Shown here: positions 36,085 to 45,669 of the stretch, in pieces
How the letters are laid out: every line of letters begins with the position of its first letter
Position numbering within the stretch: position 1 is the first letter of the stretch
Assembly: GCA_004377005.1 (NCBI GenBank)
Contig: SOIV01000268.1
Location: 1-57,923, forward strand
Origin: Candidatus Aminicenantes bacterium
GTDB lineage: Bacteria > Acidobacteriota > Aminicenantia > Aminicenantales > Aminicenantaceae
DNA: 57,923 nt
Reading direction: 5' to 3'
Made by a program: the position numbers and the translations under genes
The notes under the pieces: model-generated
What the model saw: only the letters and a program-made list of their open reading frames with translations
What the model was told of the DNA's origin: nothing
The model's database searches: none

Positions 36085-36383
36085 TTCCTACAAATTATTT
36101 CTTAATCTTGAGCGTCGTTCTCTTCGTTCTGGGCGCCATCGCTTTTTTTGTAAAAAGAGATCTCGTCACACAGTTTATGTCCATAGAGATTATGCTCAAT
36201 GCAGCCAATCTAGCTTTTATAACCCTGGCAAGATCAGCAAATTCCGCAGATGGACAGATCATTGTCTTTTTTATCATTACTGTTGCGGCTGCTGAGGCGG
36301 CTATTGGTCTGGCTATCATTCTTCTTATTTTCAGGCAAAAAAAGACAATCAAATCCGAAGATATAAAATTAATGAAAGGATAA
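36081..36383 (+). CDS. nuoK: NADH-quinone oxidoreductase subunit K.
   Basis: 100 aa, 3 TM helices, conserved glutamates (SIEIMLNAANL...AAAEAAIGLAI). 4-nt overlap with nuoJ. Confidence 0.92.
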   Translation: MIPTNYFLILSVVLFVLGAIAFFVKRDLVTQFMSIEIMLNAANLAFITLARSANSADGQIIVFFIITVAAAEAAIGLAIILLIFRQKKTIKSEDIKLMKG

Positions 36384-36384
36384 A

Positions 36385-38301
36385 ATGACTGAGATATTCT
36401 GGCTCATCCCATTTATACCAGCGGCAAGTACTCTTATCCTGGCAGTCTTTGGAAAAAAGCTCCCCAAAAAATATGTCTCCTTCCAGGCCTGTTTTGCAGT
36501 CTTTGCCTCCTTTGTTATTTCGGCCATCTCAGCTGTAGGGCTTCTTCAAACAGCTCACGGAAACTACCCATTGGTCAAAAATCTTTTCTCCTGGATTCAG
36601 GCAGGAAGCTTCCAGGTCAACCTTTCTCTCATGTTTGATCCCTTATCTGCTGTCATGGCTCTGGTCGTTAGCGGAGTGGGTTTCATCATTCATGTTTATT
36701 CGGTTGGCTATATGGCAGATGATGAGGGCTACACCCGTTATTTCACTTATTTAAACCTCTTCACCTTTTCCATGCTTATACTTGTTATGGCTTCAAACTT
36801 AGTCTTGATGTTTGTCGGCTGGGAAGGAGTCGGGCTTTGTTCTTATTTATTGATCGGTTTCTGGTTTGAAAAACACTCAGCTGCAAATGCAGGTAAAAAA
36901 GCTTTCATTGTTAACCGGATAGGTGATACAGGCTTCCTCCTGGGAATTCTCTTCATCTTTATTCATATAGGGAGCGCAGAGTTTACAGCTATAAACGAAG
37001 CCATCTCAGGAGGAGCTATCTCAGTTGGGCTGGCCACTTTGATCGCTATTCTTCTGTTTGTAGGAGCAACAGGAAAATCTGCTCAAATTCCCCTTTATGT
37101 CTGGCTTCCTGATGCTATGGAAGGCCCTACCCCTGTCAGCGCGCTAATCCACGCTGCCACCATGGTTACAGCTGGAGTCTATATGGTCTGCAGGATGAAT
37201 CTTCTCTACACTCTATCCGAAACTGCAGCTCAGGTAGTAGCACTTGTGGGTGCGATCACAGCTGTCTATGCGGCCACAATGGCCTTAACCCAGAATGACA
37301 TAAAAAGGGTTTTAGCCTACTCTACGATATCTCAAATAGGATACATGTTCATCGGCTGTGGTGTCGGCGCCTACGCAGCAGGTATGTTCCACTTGTATAC
37401 ACATGCCTTCTTCAAGAGCCTCCTATTTCTGGCTGCTGGAAGTATAATGCATGCGCTGTCTGGTGAAATAAACATGAAAAAAATGGGAGGGCTGCGAAAA
37501 TACCTTCCTCTAACCTATCCTACTTTTCTCATCGGTGCGATTGCCATCGCTGGTGTTCCGTTTTTTTCTGGCTTTTTCTCAAAAGATGCTATCCTCACCA
37601 GGGCATTCGCTCAAGGTCAGTATTCAGCATTTTATTATTTTATTTGGGGGCTGGGGATTATGGGAGCAGTGCTTACAGCCCTTTATATGTTTCGCCTCGT
37701 TTTCCTGACTTTCCATGGGGAGGAACGCCTGGATCCTGAAGTAAAAAAGCACATCCATGAATCTCCCAAAGTCATGACCATACCTCTGGTCATTTTAGCT
37801 TTCTTCTCTGTTGGCGCAGGATATATCGGACTTCCTGTTGTCCTGGGAAAGAAGCTCAACTTTTTCGGCAAATTCCTGGAGCCTGTGATAAAAGAGGTTA
37901 AGGAAGTTCATCTTAGTATACAAACAGAGTGGATGCTTATAGCGATTGCAACCTTCGTGGCTTTTTTAGGAATTTTTATTGCTTATGTTTTCTACATCAG
38001 ATCCCCGTTGATTCCACGCAATCTGGCCACCAGGTTTCCCACCATCTACAAACTCATGTTTAACAAATACTATGTGGATGAGATCTATAATGCAGTCTTC
38101 GTGAAGCCCACGATTAAATGGTCAAAGATTATATATGATAATTTTGATTTAAAAGTCATCGACGGAGCTGTCAACGGGACGGCAACAGCCACCGGCTTTG
38201 CGGGAAAAATCCTGAGTTATTTCCAGAGTGGCTTGATTAAAGATTACGGCCTTATTTTTCTTTTAGGAGTAATTATCTTTTTAGCTTATCTATTGTTTTA
38301 A
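36385..38301 (+). CDS. nuoL: NADH-quinone oxidoreductase subunit L (antiporter-like, with a C-terminal lateral helix).
   Basis: 638 aa. WEGVGLCSYLLIGFW, GKSAQIPLYVWLPDAMEGPTPVSALIHAATMV. Confidence 0.93.
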   Translation: MTEIFWLIPFIPAASTLILAVFGKKLPKKYVSFQACFAVFASFVISAISAVGLLQTAHGNYPLVKNLFSWIQAGSFQVNLSLMFDPLSAVMALVVSGVGFIIHVYSVGYMADDEGYTRYFTYLNLFTFSMLILVMASNLVLMFVGWEGVGLCSYLLIGFWFEKHSAANAGKKAFIVNRIGDTGFLLGILFIFIHIGSAEFTAINEAISGGAISVGLATLIAILLFVGATGKSAQIPLYVWLPDAMEGPTPVSALIHAATMVTAGVYMVCRMNLLYTLSETAAQVVALVGAITAVYAATMALTQNDIKRVLAYSTISQIGYMFIGCGVGAYAAGMFHLYTHAFFKSLLFLAAGSIMHALSGEINMKKMGGLRKYLPLTYPTFLIGAIAIAGVPFFSGFFSKDAILTRAFAQGQYSAFYYFIWGLGIMGAVLTALYMFRLVFLTFHGEERLDPEVKKHIHESPKVMTIPLVILAFFSVGAGYIGLPVVLGKKLNFFGKFLEPVIKEVKEVHLSIQTEWMLIAIATFVAFLGIFIAYVFYIRSPLIPRNLATRFPTIYKLMFNKYYVDEIYNAVFVKPTIKWSKIIYDNFDLKVIDGAVNGTATATGFAGKILSYFQSGLIKDYGLIFLLGVIIFLAYLLF

Positions 38302-38304
38302 AAA

Positions 38305-39888
38305 ATGAATTTACCAATATTGAGTCTAATTACTTTCCTCCCCCTTGCAGGAGCCGTTCTGCTCATTTTCATTCACCGCGACAGGAAAAACCTTCTCCGC
38401 TTTCTTTCCTTGGGCATAGCCATCATTACCTTTATTTTTTCTCTTACTCTCTATTTCAATTTTAACGATCAAATTCCCGATCCGCAGTTCGTGGAGAAAG
38501 CTGACTGGCTTGGCTATGGAATCAACTATCATATCGGGATTGACGGGATAAGCCTCTTTCTTATCCTTCTGACAACTTTCTTGATGCCTATTATCATCCT
38601 TTCTTCCTGGACATACATCCAAAAGAGAGTAAAGGAATACCTTATCTTCATGCTTATTCTCCAGACAGGGATCATCGGCGTTTTTGTTGCCCTCAACCTT
38701 TTTCTCTTTTACGTTTTCTGGGAAGCCATGCTTATTCCGATGTATTTTCTCATCGGCGTTTGGGGTGGTCCCCGGCGGATTTATGCCACCCTCAAATATG
38801 TCCTTTTTACGATGTTCGGAAGCTTGCTGATGTTAGTTGCAATCTTCTTCCTTTATTCTATGTATTACAAGGCAACAGGCGTCTATTCTTTCAACCTTTT
38901 TGATTATTACAATCTTATCCTGAATCCCAATATTCAAATCTGGCTTTTTCTGGCTTTTGCACTTTCTTTTGCCATAAAAATTCCGTTATTCCCGTTTCAC
39001 ACCTGGCTGCCCGATGCTCATGTGGAGGCTCCCACGGGCGCTTCTGTAATCCTGGCCGCGGTGCTCTTAAAAATGGGAGCTTATGGTTTCCTCCGCTTTG
39101 CCCTTCCTCTTTTTCCCGATGCTGTAATGAAATTTCTCCCTTATCTGGCTGCGCTAAGCTTGATAGGGATCATCTATGGAGGTTTGATGGCACTCATCCA
39201 GAAAGATGCAAAGTCCCTGGTCGCCTATTCCAGCATAAGCCATATGGGGCTGATCATGCTGGCTATCTTTGCTTTGAACACTGAAGCAATGGAAGGGGCT
39301 ATTTACCAGATGCTCAACCATGGATTGAGCACAGGCGCTCTGTTTTTGATTGTCGGAATCCTCTATGAAAGATCCCACACCCGAATGATTAATGACTATG
39401 GTGGAGTCAGTAAACAGATGCCTGTTTTTTCTGCTTTTTTCCTGATCTGCATGCTTTCATCGGTTGGGCTTCCTGGTCTCAATGGCTTTATCGGAGAAAT
39501 ATTGTGTATCTTTGGAATTTTTAAAGCCAACAAGCTTCTTGCCATCCTGGGCATATCAACCGTTATCCTGGCAGCTGGGTATCTGCTCTGGATGTTCCAG
39601 AGAATTATGCAAGGACCTATAAAAAATGAAAAGATTTTATCCTTCAAAGATATAAACAAAAGAGAGATTGGCTATCTTGTGCCTATAGTCATCATGATGT
39701 TCTGGATGGGAATTTACCCCAAGCCTTTCCTGAGTAAGATGGAAAGCTCCGTTACTCATCTCCTCAACAGAGTCAATAAGAGAGAGATTTATTTCACTAA
39801 AAGTCAAAAGGATAAGGATTTCTTGTTAGAAATTGAACCTAAAACAACCGAAGAAAAAAACGAGGAAAAGGAAGATAAATTCAGATGA
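38305..39888 (+). CDS. nuoM: NADH-quinone oxidoreductase subunit M, with a charged C-terminal tail.
   Basis: 527 aa. FYVFWEAMLIPMYFLIGVWGG, KIPLFPFHTWLPDAHVEAPT. Confidence 0.93.
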   Translation: MNLPILSLITFLPLAGAVLLIFIHRDRKNLLRFLSLGIAIITFIFSLTLYFNFNDQIPDPQFVEKADWLGYGINYHIGIDGISLFLILLTTFLMPIIILSSWTYIQKRVKEYLIFMLILQTGIIGVFVALNLFLFYVFWEAMLIPMYFLIGVWGGPRRIYATLKYVLFTMFGSLLMLVAIFFLYSMYYKATGVYSFNLFDYYNLILNPNIQIWLFLAFALSFAIKIPLFPFHTWLPDAHVEAPTGASVILAAVLLKMGAYGFLRFALPLFPDAVMKFLPYLAALSLIGIIYGGLMALIQKDAKSLVAYSSISHMGLIMLAIFALNTEAMEGAIYQMLNHGLSTGALFLIVGILYERSHTRMINDYGGVSKQMPVFSAFFLICMLSSVGLPGLNGFIGEILCIFGIFKANKLLAILGISTVILAAGYLLWMFQRIMQGPIKNEKILSFKDINKREIGYLVPIVIMMFWMGIYPKPFLSKMESSVTHLLNRVNKREIYFTKSQKDKDFLLEIEPKTTEEKNEEKEDKFR

Positions 39889-41315
39889 ATAGCTTCTTTG
39901 CTTTGTCCCCTCTTCTGATAATTGTCTTTGCCTCTCTTCTCGTTTTGCTTCTTGATGTTTTCTTAAAGAAAGAAAATAAAAATTACTTAGCCTACATCTC
40001 TCTTATTTTCCTCGTTATCTGTGGTTTTATATGTATCAAGTTCTGGGATAAAAACTACTCATACTTTAACGGCAATCTTATCCTTGATAACCTCTCTCTT
40101 TTCTTTATTTTTATCCTAGCTCTGGCAACAGGCTTTGTCATTCTTCTCTCCATGAAGTACATCTCCTTTCAGGATGTAAACTACGGCGAGTTCTATGCCC
40201 TCCTTCTTTTAGCCTTATCAGGTGTGGCGATCATGCTCTCCTCCTCAGATCTTCTGATCATATTCTTAGGCCTAGAGGTCCTTTCCATTTGCAGTTATGC
40301 CCTGGCTGGCTTGAAAAGAACAGACGAGAAATCCTCAGAGGCGGCCATTAAGTATTTTCTGTTGGGAAGTTTTGCCACAGCTTTCCTCGTCTACGGCTTA
40401 GCTCTTCTCTACGGTTCTTCCCATTCAACTAATATTTCCTCAATCATTAATTTCTTCGTAACAGAATCCGACCTGAGCATCATGGCTCTTATTGGCTTAG
40501 GTTTAGTTATCATAGGATTCGGTTTCAAAATTGCTGTTGTTCCTTTCCATATGTGGACTCCAGATGTCTATCAGGGTGCTCCCACACCGATCACTGCCTT
40601 CTTTTCCGTAGTGCCCAAAGCAGTTGGTTTTATCGTATTCTTAAGAATATTTACTCCATACTGGAAAAATGCTCTCAATACTCAGGCTATCTTCTGGATA
40701 CTCTGGGTTATATGTGTCTTAACCATGGTAGTAGGAAACCTTGTTGCTCTGCGCCAGACAAACTTGAAAAGAATACTTGCTTACTCAAGCATTGCCCATG
40801 CAGGCTACTTGCTTATAGCCATCCTGGCCCGGGACAATTCTAGCCTGGTCTTCTACCTTACAGTTTATCTATTCATGAATATAGGTGCTTTTGCCGCTGT
40901 TATCGCGTTGAGCAGAAAAGGGAAAGAATACCTTGAACTCGAGGATTACGCTGGAATCGGGTTTAAATATCCCTGGATTGGCGTAACCTTTTCTATCTTC
41001 CTTCTTTCTCTGGCAGGGTTTCCGCCCACAGGAGGCTTCCTGGCGAAGTTTTATGTATTCTCTACTGCCGTAAGGCAGGATCTTCTGCCTCTGGTTATAA
41101 TCGGAGTCCTGGCCAGTCTTATCTCTGTTTTTTATTACTTGAGGATCATCGTCTACATGTATATGAAAGAGCCTGCCCGCGAAATAGAAATAGCCATAGA
41201 AAACCCGGCTTTATTCCTGGTCCTCTTCTTCTGTCTGTATGGAGTACTCCAATTGGGCCTCTATCCCAGAAATATCCTGGTCCTGATTAATCAAGCTATC
41301 AGCTCCTTCTTTTAG
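39885..41315 (+). CDS. nuoN: NADH-quinone oxidoreductase subunit N.
   Basis: 476 aa. GFKIAVVPFHMWTPDVYQGAPTPITAF. 4-nt overlap with nuoM. Confidence 0.92.
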   Translation: MNSFFALSPLLIIVFASLLVLLLDVFLKKENKNYLAYISLIFLVICGFICIKFWDKNYSYFNGNLILDNLSLFFIFILALATGFVILLSMKYISFQDVNYGEFYALLLLALSGVAIMLSSSDLLIIFLGLEVLSICSYALAGLKRTDEKSSEAAIKYFLLGSFATAFLVYGLALLYGSSHSTNISSIINFFVTESDLSIMALIGLGLVIIGFGFKIAVVPFHMWTPDVYQGAPTPITAFFSVVPKAVGFIVFLRIFTPYWKNALNTQAIFWILWVICVLTMVVGNLVALRQTNLKRILAYSSIAHAGYLLIAILARDNSSLVFYLTVYLFMNIGAFAAVIALSRKGKEYLELEDYAGIGFKYPWIGVTFSIFLLSLAGFPPTGGFLAKFYVFSTAVRQDLLPLVIIGVLASLISVFYYLRIIVYMYMKEPAREIEIAIENPALFLVLFFCLYGVLQLGLYPRNILVLINQAISSFF

Positions 41316-41342
41316 CTTTTAAGAGGACGTTCCCCAAAAATA

Positions 41343-41741
41343 ATAAGAGGCTGGAGCAGGACGTAAGCCGAATTCTGTTCCCGCTAAAGATTTAGCGAGT
41401 GCGGTTATTTGTCTAACCCCTTGATTGCTCAAGGGGATGAGCGACCTACCCGCCCCATAAGACGGACCATCTTAAAAAGGGCCAATTTGGTCTTGCTCCG
41501 GATGGGGTTTACCACGCTCCTGATGTCACCACCAGGACGGTGAGCTCTTACCTCACCTTTTCACCCTTACCCCACGAAATGAGCGAAACCGTCATTTCAT
41601 GAGGCGGTATATTTTCTGTGGCACTTTCCTCCGGTCGCCCGGAGTCGCTGTTAGCGACCATCCTGCCCTTTGGAGTTCGGACTTTCCTCCCCCTCTTTCT
41701 CACGAAGAGAAGAAGGGGCAACCGCCTCGCCTACTCCAGCC
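41343..41741 (-). ncRNA. rnpB: RNase P RNA, bacterial type A.
   Basis: The minus strand has P1 pairing GGCUGGAGUAGG / CCUGCUCCAGCC, a P3 hairpin with a UUCG loop, GAGGAAAGUCCGAAC, GGUAAGGGUGAAAAGGUGAGGUAAGAGCUCACC, GGUAAACCCCAUCCGGAGCAAGACCAAAU and ACAGAAUUCGGCUUA. All of these are universal RNase P blocks. Confidence 0.92.
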
Positions 41742-43111
41742 GCTATTTTTATGCCATAATGTTCTAACTTCTTGTAAAGATTGCTGCGTGGTGTATCTAT
41801 TTCTCTTGCAGTCTGAGATATATTCCAATTGCTCTCCTCAAGCTTGGCTAAAATAAAATCTTTCTCAGCTAACTCCCTGAATTCTTTCAGTGTTTTTATT
41901 CCCTTTGCTTCGGGAAGATATATGCCTATTTCTCCTCTGATACACTCCGGCAAATCTTGCCTTTCTATTATATCTGCCTCGGTCATAATAATCAATCTTT
42001 CCACTACGTTCTTCAGTTCCCGAACATTCCCTTTCCAGTGGTATTTTATCATCGCTTCTAGCGCATCCTCTGAAAACTTCTTCACTTTAAAATTATTTTC
42101 CTCTGTATAAATCTTGCTGAAATACTCAACAAGAAGAGGGATGTCCTCTTTTTTCTCCCTCAAAGAAGGAGAATAAATGGGAATGACATTCAGGCGGAAA
42201 TAAAGGTCTTCCCGGAATGTCCCCTCCTTTTTTTCTTTCCCTAAATCCTTATTAGTAGCAGCTATTACTCTGACATCTACCTTATTGATTCTGCTCGAGC
42301 CGACCTTTTGAACTTCCCCTTCTTCAAGAACACGCAAAACTTTGGATTGAGTTTTCAAACTCATATCGCCAATTTCATCTAAAAATATCGTTCCTCCATC
42401 TGCCTGCTCAAATTTGCCTGGTTTTTTTTCTGTAGCCCCCGTAAAAGCACCCTTCTCATGGCCAAAAAACTCGCTTTCAATGAGCTCTTCGGGTATTGCA
42501 GCACAATTCACCTGAACAAACCTTTCTTTAGCCCTCAAACTTTGACTGTGAATAGCTCGGGCAATAAGCTCCTTTCCAGTGCCGCTTTCACCATGGATAA
42601 GCACAGTCGCATTGGTAGGGGAAATTTTTATTATCTCTTTCCAGAGTTTTTTCATCGAGGAATGATTTCCTATAAGCTCATATCTCTTATCTGATTTTTT
42701 TCTCAGGTCCTGGCACTCCCTCAAGAGCTTGCTCTGATTTAAAGCATTCCGGATGCAGAGCAGGACTCTTTCCCTATGAAGGGGCTTTTCCAGAAAATCA
42801 AAGGCTCCCAGCTTCGTCGCATCTACTGCTGTTTTAATCGTGCCATGTCCTGATATCATGACGACCTCTGGCCTGTAAGGCTTTTCTTTCAATTCTGCTA
42901 AAACTTCCAACCCATCTCTCCCAGGAAGTTTTATATCCAGCAAGACTAAATCCAATCCTACTGTTTCTTCTATAATATCCAGAGCTTCTTCTCCATCCGC
43001 TGCTTCAAGAAAGCTGTATCCCTCGTATTCAAGGATCATTTTAAGGGATTTTCGGATGTTTTCTTCGTCATCCACGACTAAGATTTTTGCTTTCCGCCGA
43101 TTTTTCATCAT
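41651..43111 (-). CDS. Sigma-54-dependent response regulator (NtrC family: REC + AAA+ + Fis-type HTH).
   Basis: [11 protein letters not shown]...D (REC), [15 protein letters not shown] (Walker A), EKGAFTGA (GAFTGA loop), C-terminal HTH ...[26 protein letters not shown]. The last ~30 codons overlap rnpB. Confidence 0.9.
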   Translation of the reverse strand: MMKNRRKAKILVVDDEENIRKSLKMILEYEGYSFLEAADGEEALDIIEETVGLDLVLLDIKLPGRDGLEVLAELKEKPYRPEVVMISGHGTIKTAVDATKLGAFDFLEKPLHRERVLLCIRNALNQSKLLRECQDLRKKSDKRYELIGNHSSMKKLWKEIIKISPTNATVLIHGESGTGKELIARAIHSQSLRAKERFVQVNCAAIPEELIESEFFGHEKGAFTGATEKKPGKFEQADGGTIFLDEIGDMSLKTQSKVLRVLEEGEVQKVGSSRINKVDVRVIAATNKDLGKEKKEGTFREDLYFRLNVIPIYSPSLREKKEDIPLLVEYFSKIYTEENNFKVKKFSEDALEAMIKYHWKGNVRELKNVVERLIIMTEADIIERQDLPECIRGEIGIYLPEAKGIKTLKEFRELAEKDFILAKLEESNWNISQTAREIDTPRSNLYKKLEHYGIKIAAGVGEAVAPSSLREKEGEESPNSKGQDGR

Positions 43112-43246
43112 TCCTGTTCCTTTTTTAGTCTCAATTGAATTTTAACATAAAAAAGGATTTGATGCATATTCTGTCAATAAAAATTCAAGTTTTGCAAGTT
43201 TGACCCCATTGCCTCCTATTTATCATTAGTGTAAGATAAAAACGAG

Positions 43247-44239
43247 ATGTGGAAGCCTTTAGCGCTAATTATTCTCATGATGTTAATTGGCACGATAGGT
43301 TTCCATGTGATCGAAGGGTGGTCATTCCTGGACTGCCTCTACATGACTGTCATAACCATTTTCACAGTCGGGTTTAAGGAAGTCAGAGTACTCTCCTCTC
43401 AAGGCCAAATTTTCACTATCTTCGTTATCTTAGGGGGTGTGGGAACAGCCATATTTGCCTTCACCAAAATAGCTGAAATTGCCTTTGAGGGAGGAATTAA
43501 TAAATTTTGGCGGAGAAAAAGAATGGAAAAAAAGCTTAAAAACCTAAAAGATCACTATATCATCTGTGGCCACGGACGGATGGGAAAGATAGTGAGAGAA
43601 AGGCTGGGGGAGGAAAAATTGCCCTTTGTTGTCATTGATAATAAAGAAGAAAAACTAGAAGATCTCAAACAGACAAACAGCTGCCTTTTTATAGAGGGAG
43701 ATGCGACGCATGAAGACATATTGACCAAAGCTGGCATAAAAAAAGCTAAAGGGCTGGCTGCCCTCCTTCCGACTGATGCTGATAACCTTTACCTTGTTTT
43801 AAGTGCTAAGCTGATTAATCCTTCACTCTTCATCCTTTCCAAGGCCATGGATGAAGAAGCTGAGAGAAAAATTCTCCAGATTGGAGCCAACAAAGTCGTC
43901 AGTCCGTATAAGCTGAGCGGCCTGAAAATTGCTCAAGGGTTGATTCGCCCGACATTGGTAGACTTTATGGATCTCATCATCAGGCGAAAAGAGCTAGCTT
44001 TATACATGGAGGAATTAGTAGTAAAAAAGGACTCTAAGATCGTCAACCGTAACCTTACAGAATGCGACATACGAAGAACGGCAAATGTCATTGTTGTGGC
44101 TATGAAAAAACCCGGAAAAGACATTGAATTCAATCCTTCTCCTGACTCTAAAATTAAAACTGGCGATATACTCCTTGTTTTAGGAGATAAAAACGCAGTC
44201 AATCAATTTGAAAATATATACCTAGGAGCTTCATCCTGA
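43247..44239 (+). CDS. Two-TM potassium-channel homolog with RCK/TrkA-N and TrkA-C domains and a degenerate selectivity filter (TVGFKE).
   Basis: Pore region GWSFLDCLYMTVITIFTVGFKE, then HYIICGHGRMGK (Rossmann GxGxxG) and a C-terminal TrkA-C-like segment. Confidence 0.8.
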   Translation: MWKPLALIILMMLIGTIGFHVIEGWSFLDCLYMTVITIFTVGFKEVRVLSSQGQIFTIFVILGGVGTAIFAFTKIAEIAFEGGINKFWRRKRMEKKLKNLKDHYIICGHGRMGKIVRERLGEEKLPFVVIDNKEEKLEDLKQTNSCLFIEGDATHEDILTKAGIKKAKGLAALLPTDADNLYLVLSAKLINPSLFILSKAMDEEAERKILQIGANKVVSPYKLSGLKIAQGLIRPTLVDFMDLIIRRKELALYMEELVVKKDSKIVNRNLTECDIRRTANVIVVAMKKPGKDIEFNPSPDSKIKTGDILLVLGDKNAVNQFENIYLGASS

Positions 44240-44250
44240 AAAACCATAAG

Positions 44251-45654
44251 TTGATTCACCTTTTCTTGCTTAATTATATAGTCAAGGTGGGTCACAAGGC
44301 ATACGGAAAATTTATATTCGGCACAGTCCTTATCTCATTTTGCTTATTGTTTATAACTCTCTCTAGTTCGCAAGATGAAAATCAAAAATATTTTGAGCTT
44401 GATAACGGTTTAAAAATTTTCCTGTATGAAAAACATACCCTCCCCCTCATAAATTTAGTGTTTGCCGTGAATCTCGGCACTAAAGATGAATCAGATGAAA
44501 CGAGCGGGCTTGTTCATATTTTAGAACATTATATTCTCTTCAGAGGAACTGAATTCAGGAGCGGGCCAGAAATTAGCCAGGATATACGACGACACGGTGC
44601 CTATTTCAATGCCCACACATCACTGGATCTGGCTACCTTTGAAATATCTCTTCCTTCTGAACACGCAGATTTTGCTTTGAGGAATCAAAAAGAGATTTTG
44701 TTTAACCTAAAACTCTCACAAGAAGAGCTCGATGAAGAAAAAAAAGTGATCCTCGAAGAGCTGAGCCAAACTCAGGACGACCCCCTTAGATACGCCACTT
44801 CCACAGTTTATCAAAACCTTTTTAAGGACCATCCTTACCAAAAGCCAGTCCAAGGAAAAAAAGAGATTATCGAGGCTTTGACTGTAGAGCAGGTAGAAAA
44901 ATTCTATCGCAAGTTTTTTGTTCCTTCGAACTGTGTTTTGGCAATTGTGGGTGATTTCGAAATAGAAGAGATGGAGAAGAAAACAAAAGATATCTTCGGG
45001 GATTTAAAAAAGGAGGAAATCTCTCCCCCAAAATACGAAAAAGCTCCTGCATTGAAAAAGACAGTGGAAATTAAGCAAGAGATGGATGTTAATCAGGCCT
45101 ACCTGGTGATAGGAATATTCGGTCCAGATTATAACCATAAGGATCAATACGCCATGGATATCTTAACCCAGATTCTGGGCCGAGGAGTGAATCCAATGCT
45201 GAACTATCCGCTGCGCGGGAGAAGGAACCTGGCTCAAAGCGCTTTGATGAAGTATAGTGCTCACAAATACGGCGGGGTAATTATCATCTATATTACTTTA
45301 GACCCAAAAAACATAAGCATCACGAAACGAGAAACGATTAGATTTCTAAAAGAGACAAGCCGTCTTAATTATTCAAAAAAGGATGTTATGGGGGATGCCA
45401 AATTATATGCTCTTGATTACTTAGAAAGTGCTAAAAATCAAATCAAATTTAATTTTCATCAATCCCAGGAAAAAGGCCTGGCCATAGCAATCAGCCTTGC
45501 AAGGTACCTTCTTCTGAATGAAAACCAGGAGGGAAGGAGCTATATAGAAAATATCGCGAAGCTAAACTCTTCAGACTTGCGGAAAGCGGCTGGTAAATAT
45601 TTGAGTAAAGGACGTTATGTCATTGTGACTATTTCTCCGAAAAAGAAAAAATAG
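44251..45654 (+). CDS. M16-family (pitrilysin/insulinase-like) zinc peptidase, catalytic subunit type.
   Basis: HxxEH motif in GLVHILEHYILFRGTE. The start is uncertain (TTG at 44251 or GTG at 44287). Confidence 0.85.
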   Translation: MIHLFLLNYIVKVGHKAYGKFIFGTVLISFCLLFITLSSSQDENQKYFELDNGLKIFLYEKHTLPLINLVFAVNLGTKDESDETSGLVHILEHYILFRGTEFRSGPEISQDIRRHGAYFNAHTSLDLATFEISLPSEHADFALRNQKEILFNLKLSQEELDEEKKVILEELSQTQDDPLRYATSTVYQNLFKDHPYQKPVQGKKEIIEALTVEQVEKFYRKFFVPSNCVLAIVGDFEIEEMEKKTKDIFGDLKKEEISPPKYEKAPALKKTVEIKQEMDVNQAYLVIGIFGPDYNHKDQYAMDILTQILGRGVNPMLNYPLRGRRNLAQSALMKYSAHKYGGVIIIYITLDPKNISITKRETIRFLKETSRLNYSKKDVMGDAKLYALDYLESAKNQIKFNFHQSQEKGLAIAISLARYLLLNENQEGRSYIENIAKLNSSDLRKAAGKYLSKGRYVIVTISPKKKK

Positions 45655-45669
45655 CTGGAAATTCATACC

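Noticed and set aside
41742-41800. A dedicated rnpB promoter inside the regulator CDS.
   Set aside because: Only TTTACA is present, with no acceptable -10 box at 16-19 nt. I could not support a promoter call from the sequence.
41599-41856. 85-aa ORF on the plus strand.
   Set aside because: It is antisense to rnpB and to the 3' end of the response-regulator CDS, so it is an artefact of those features.
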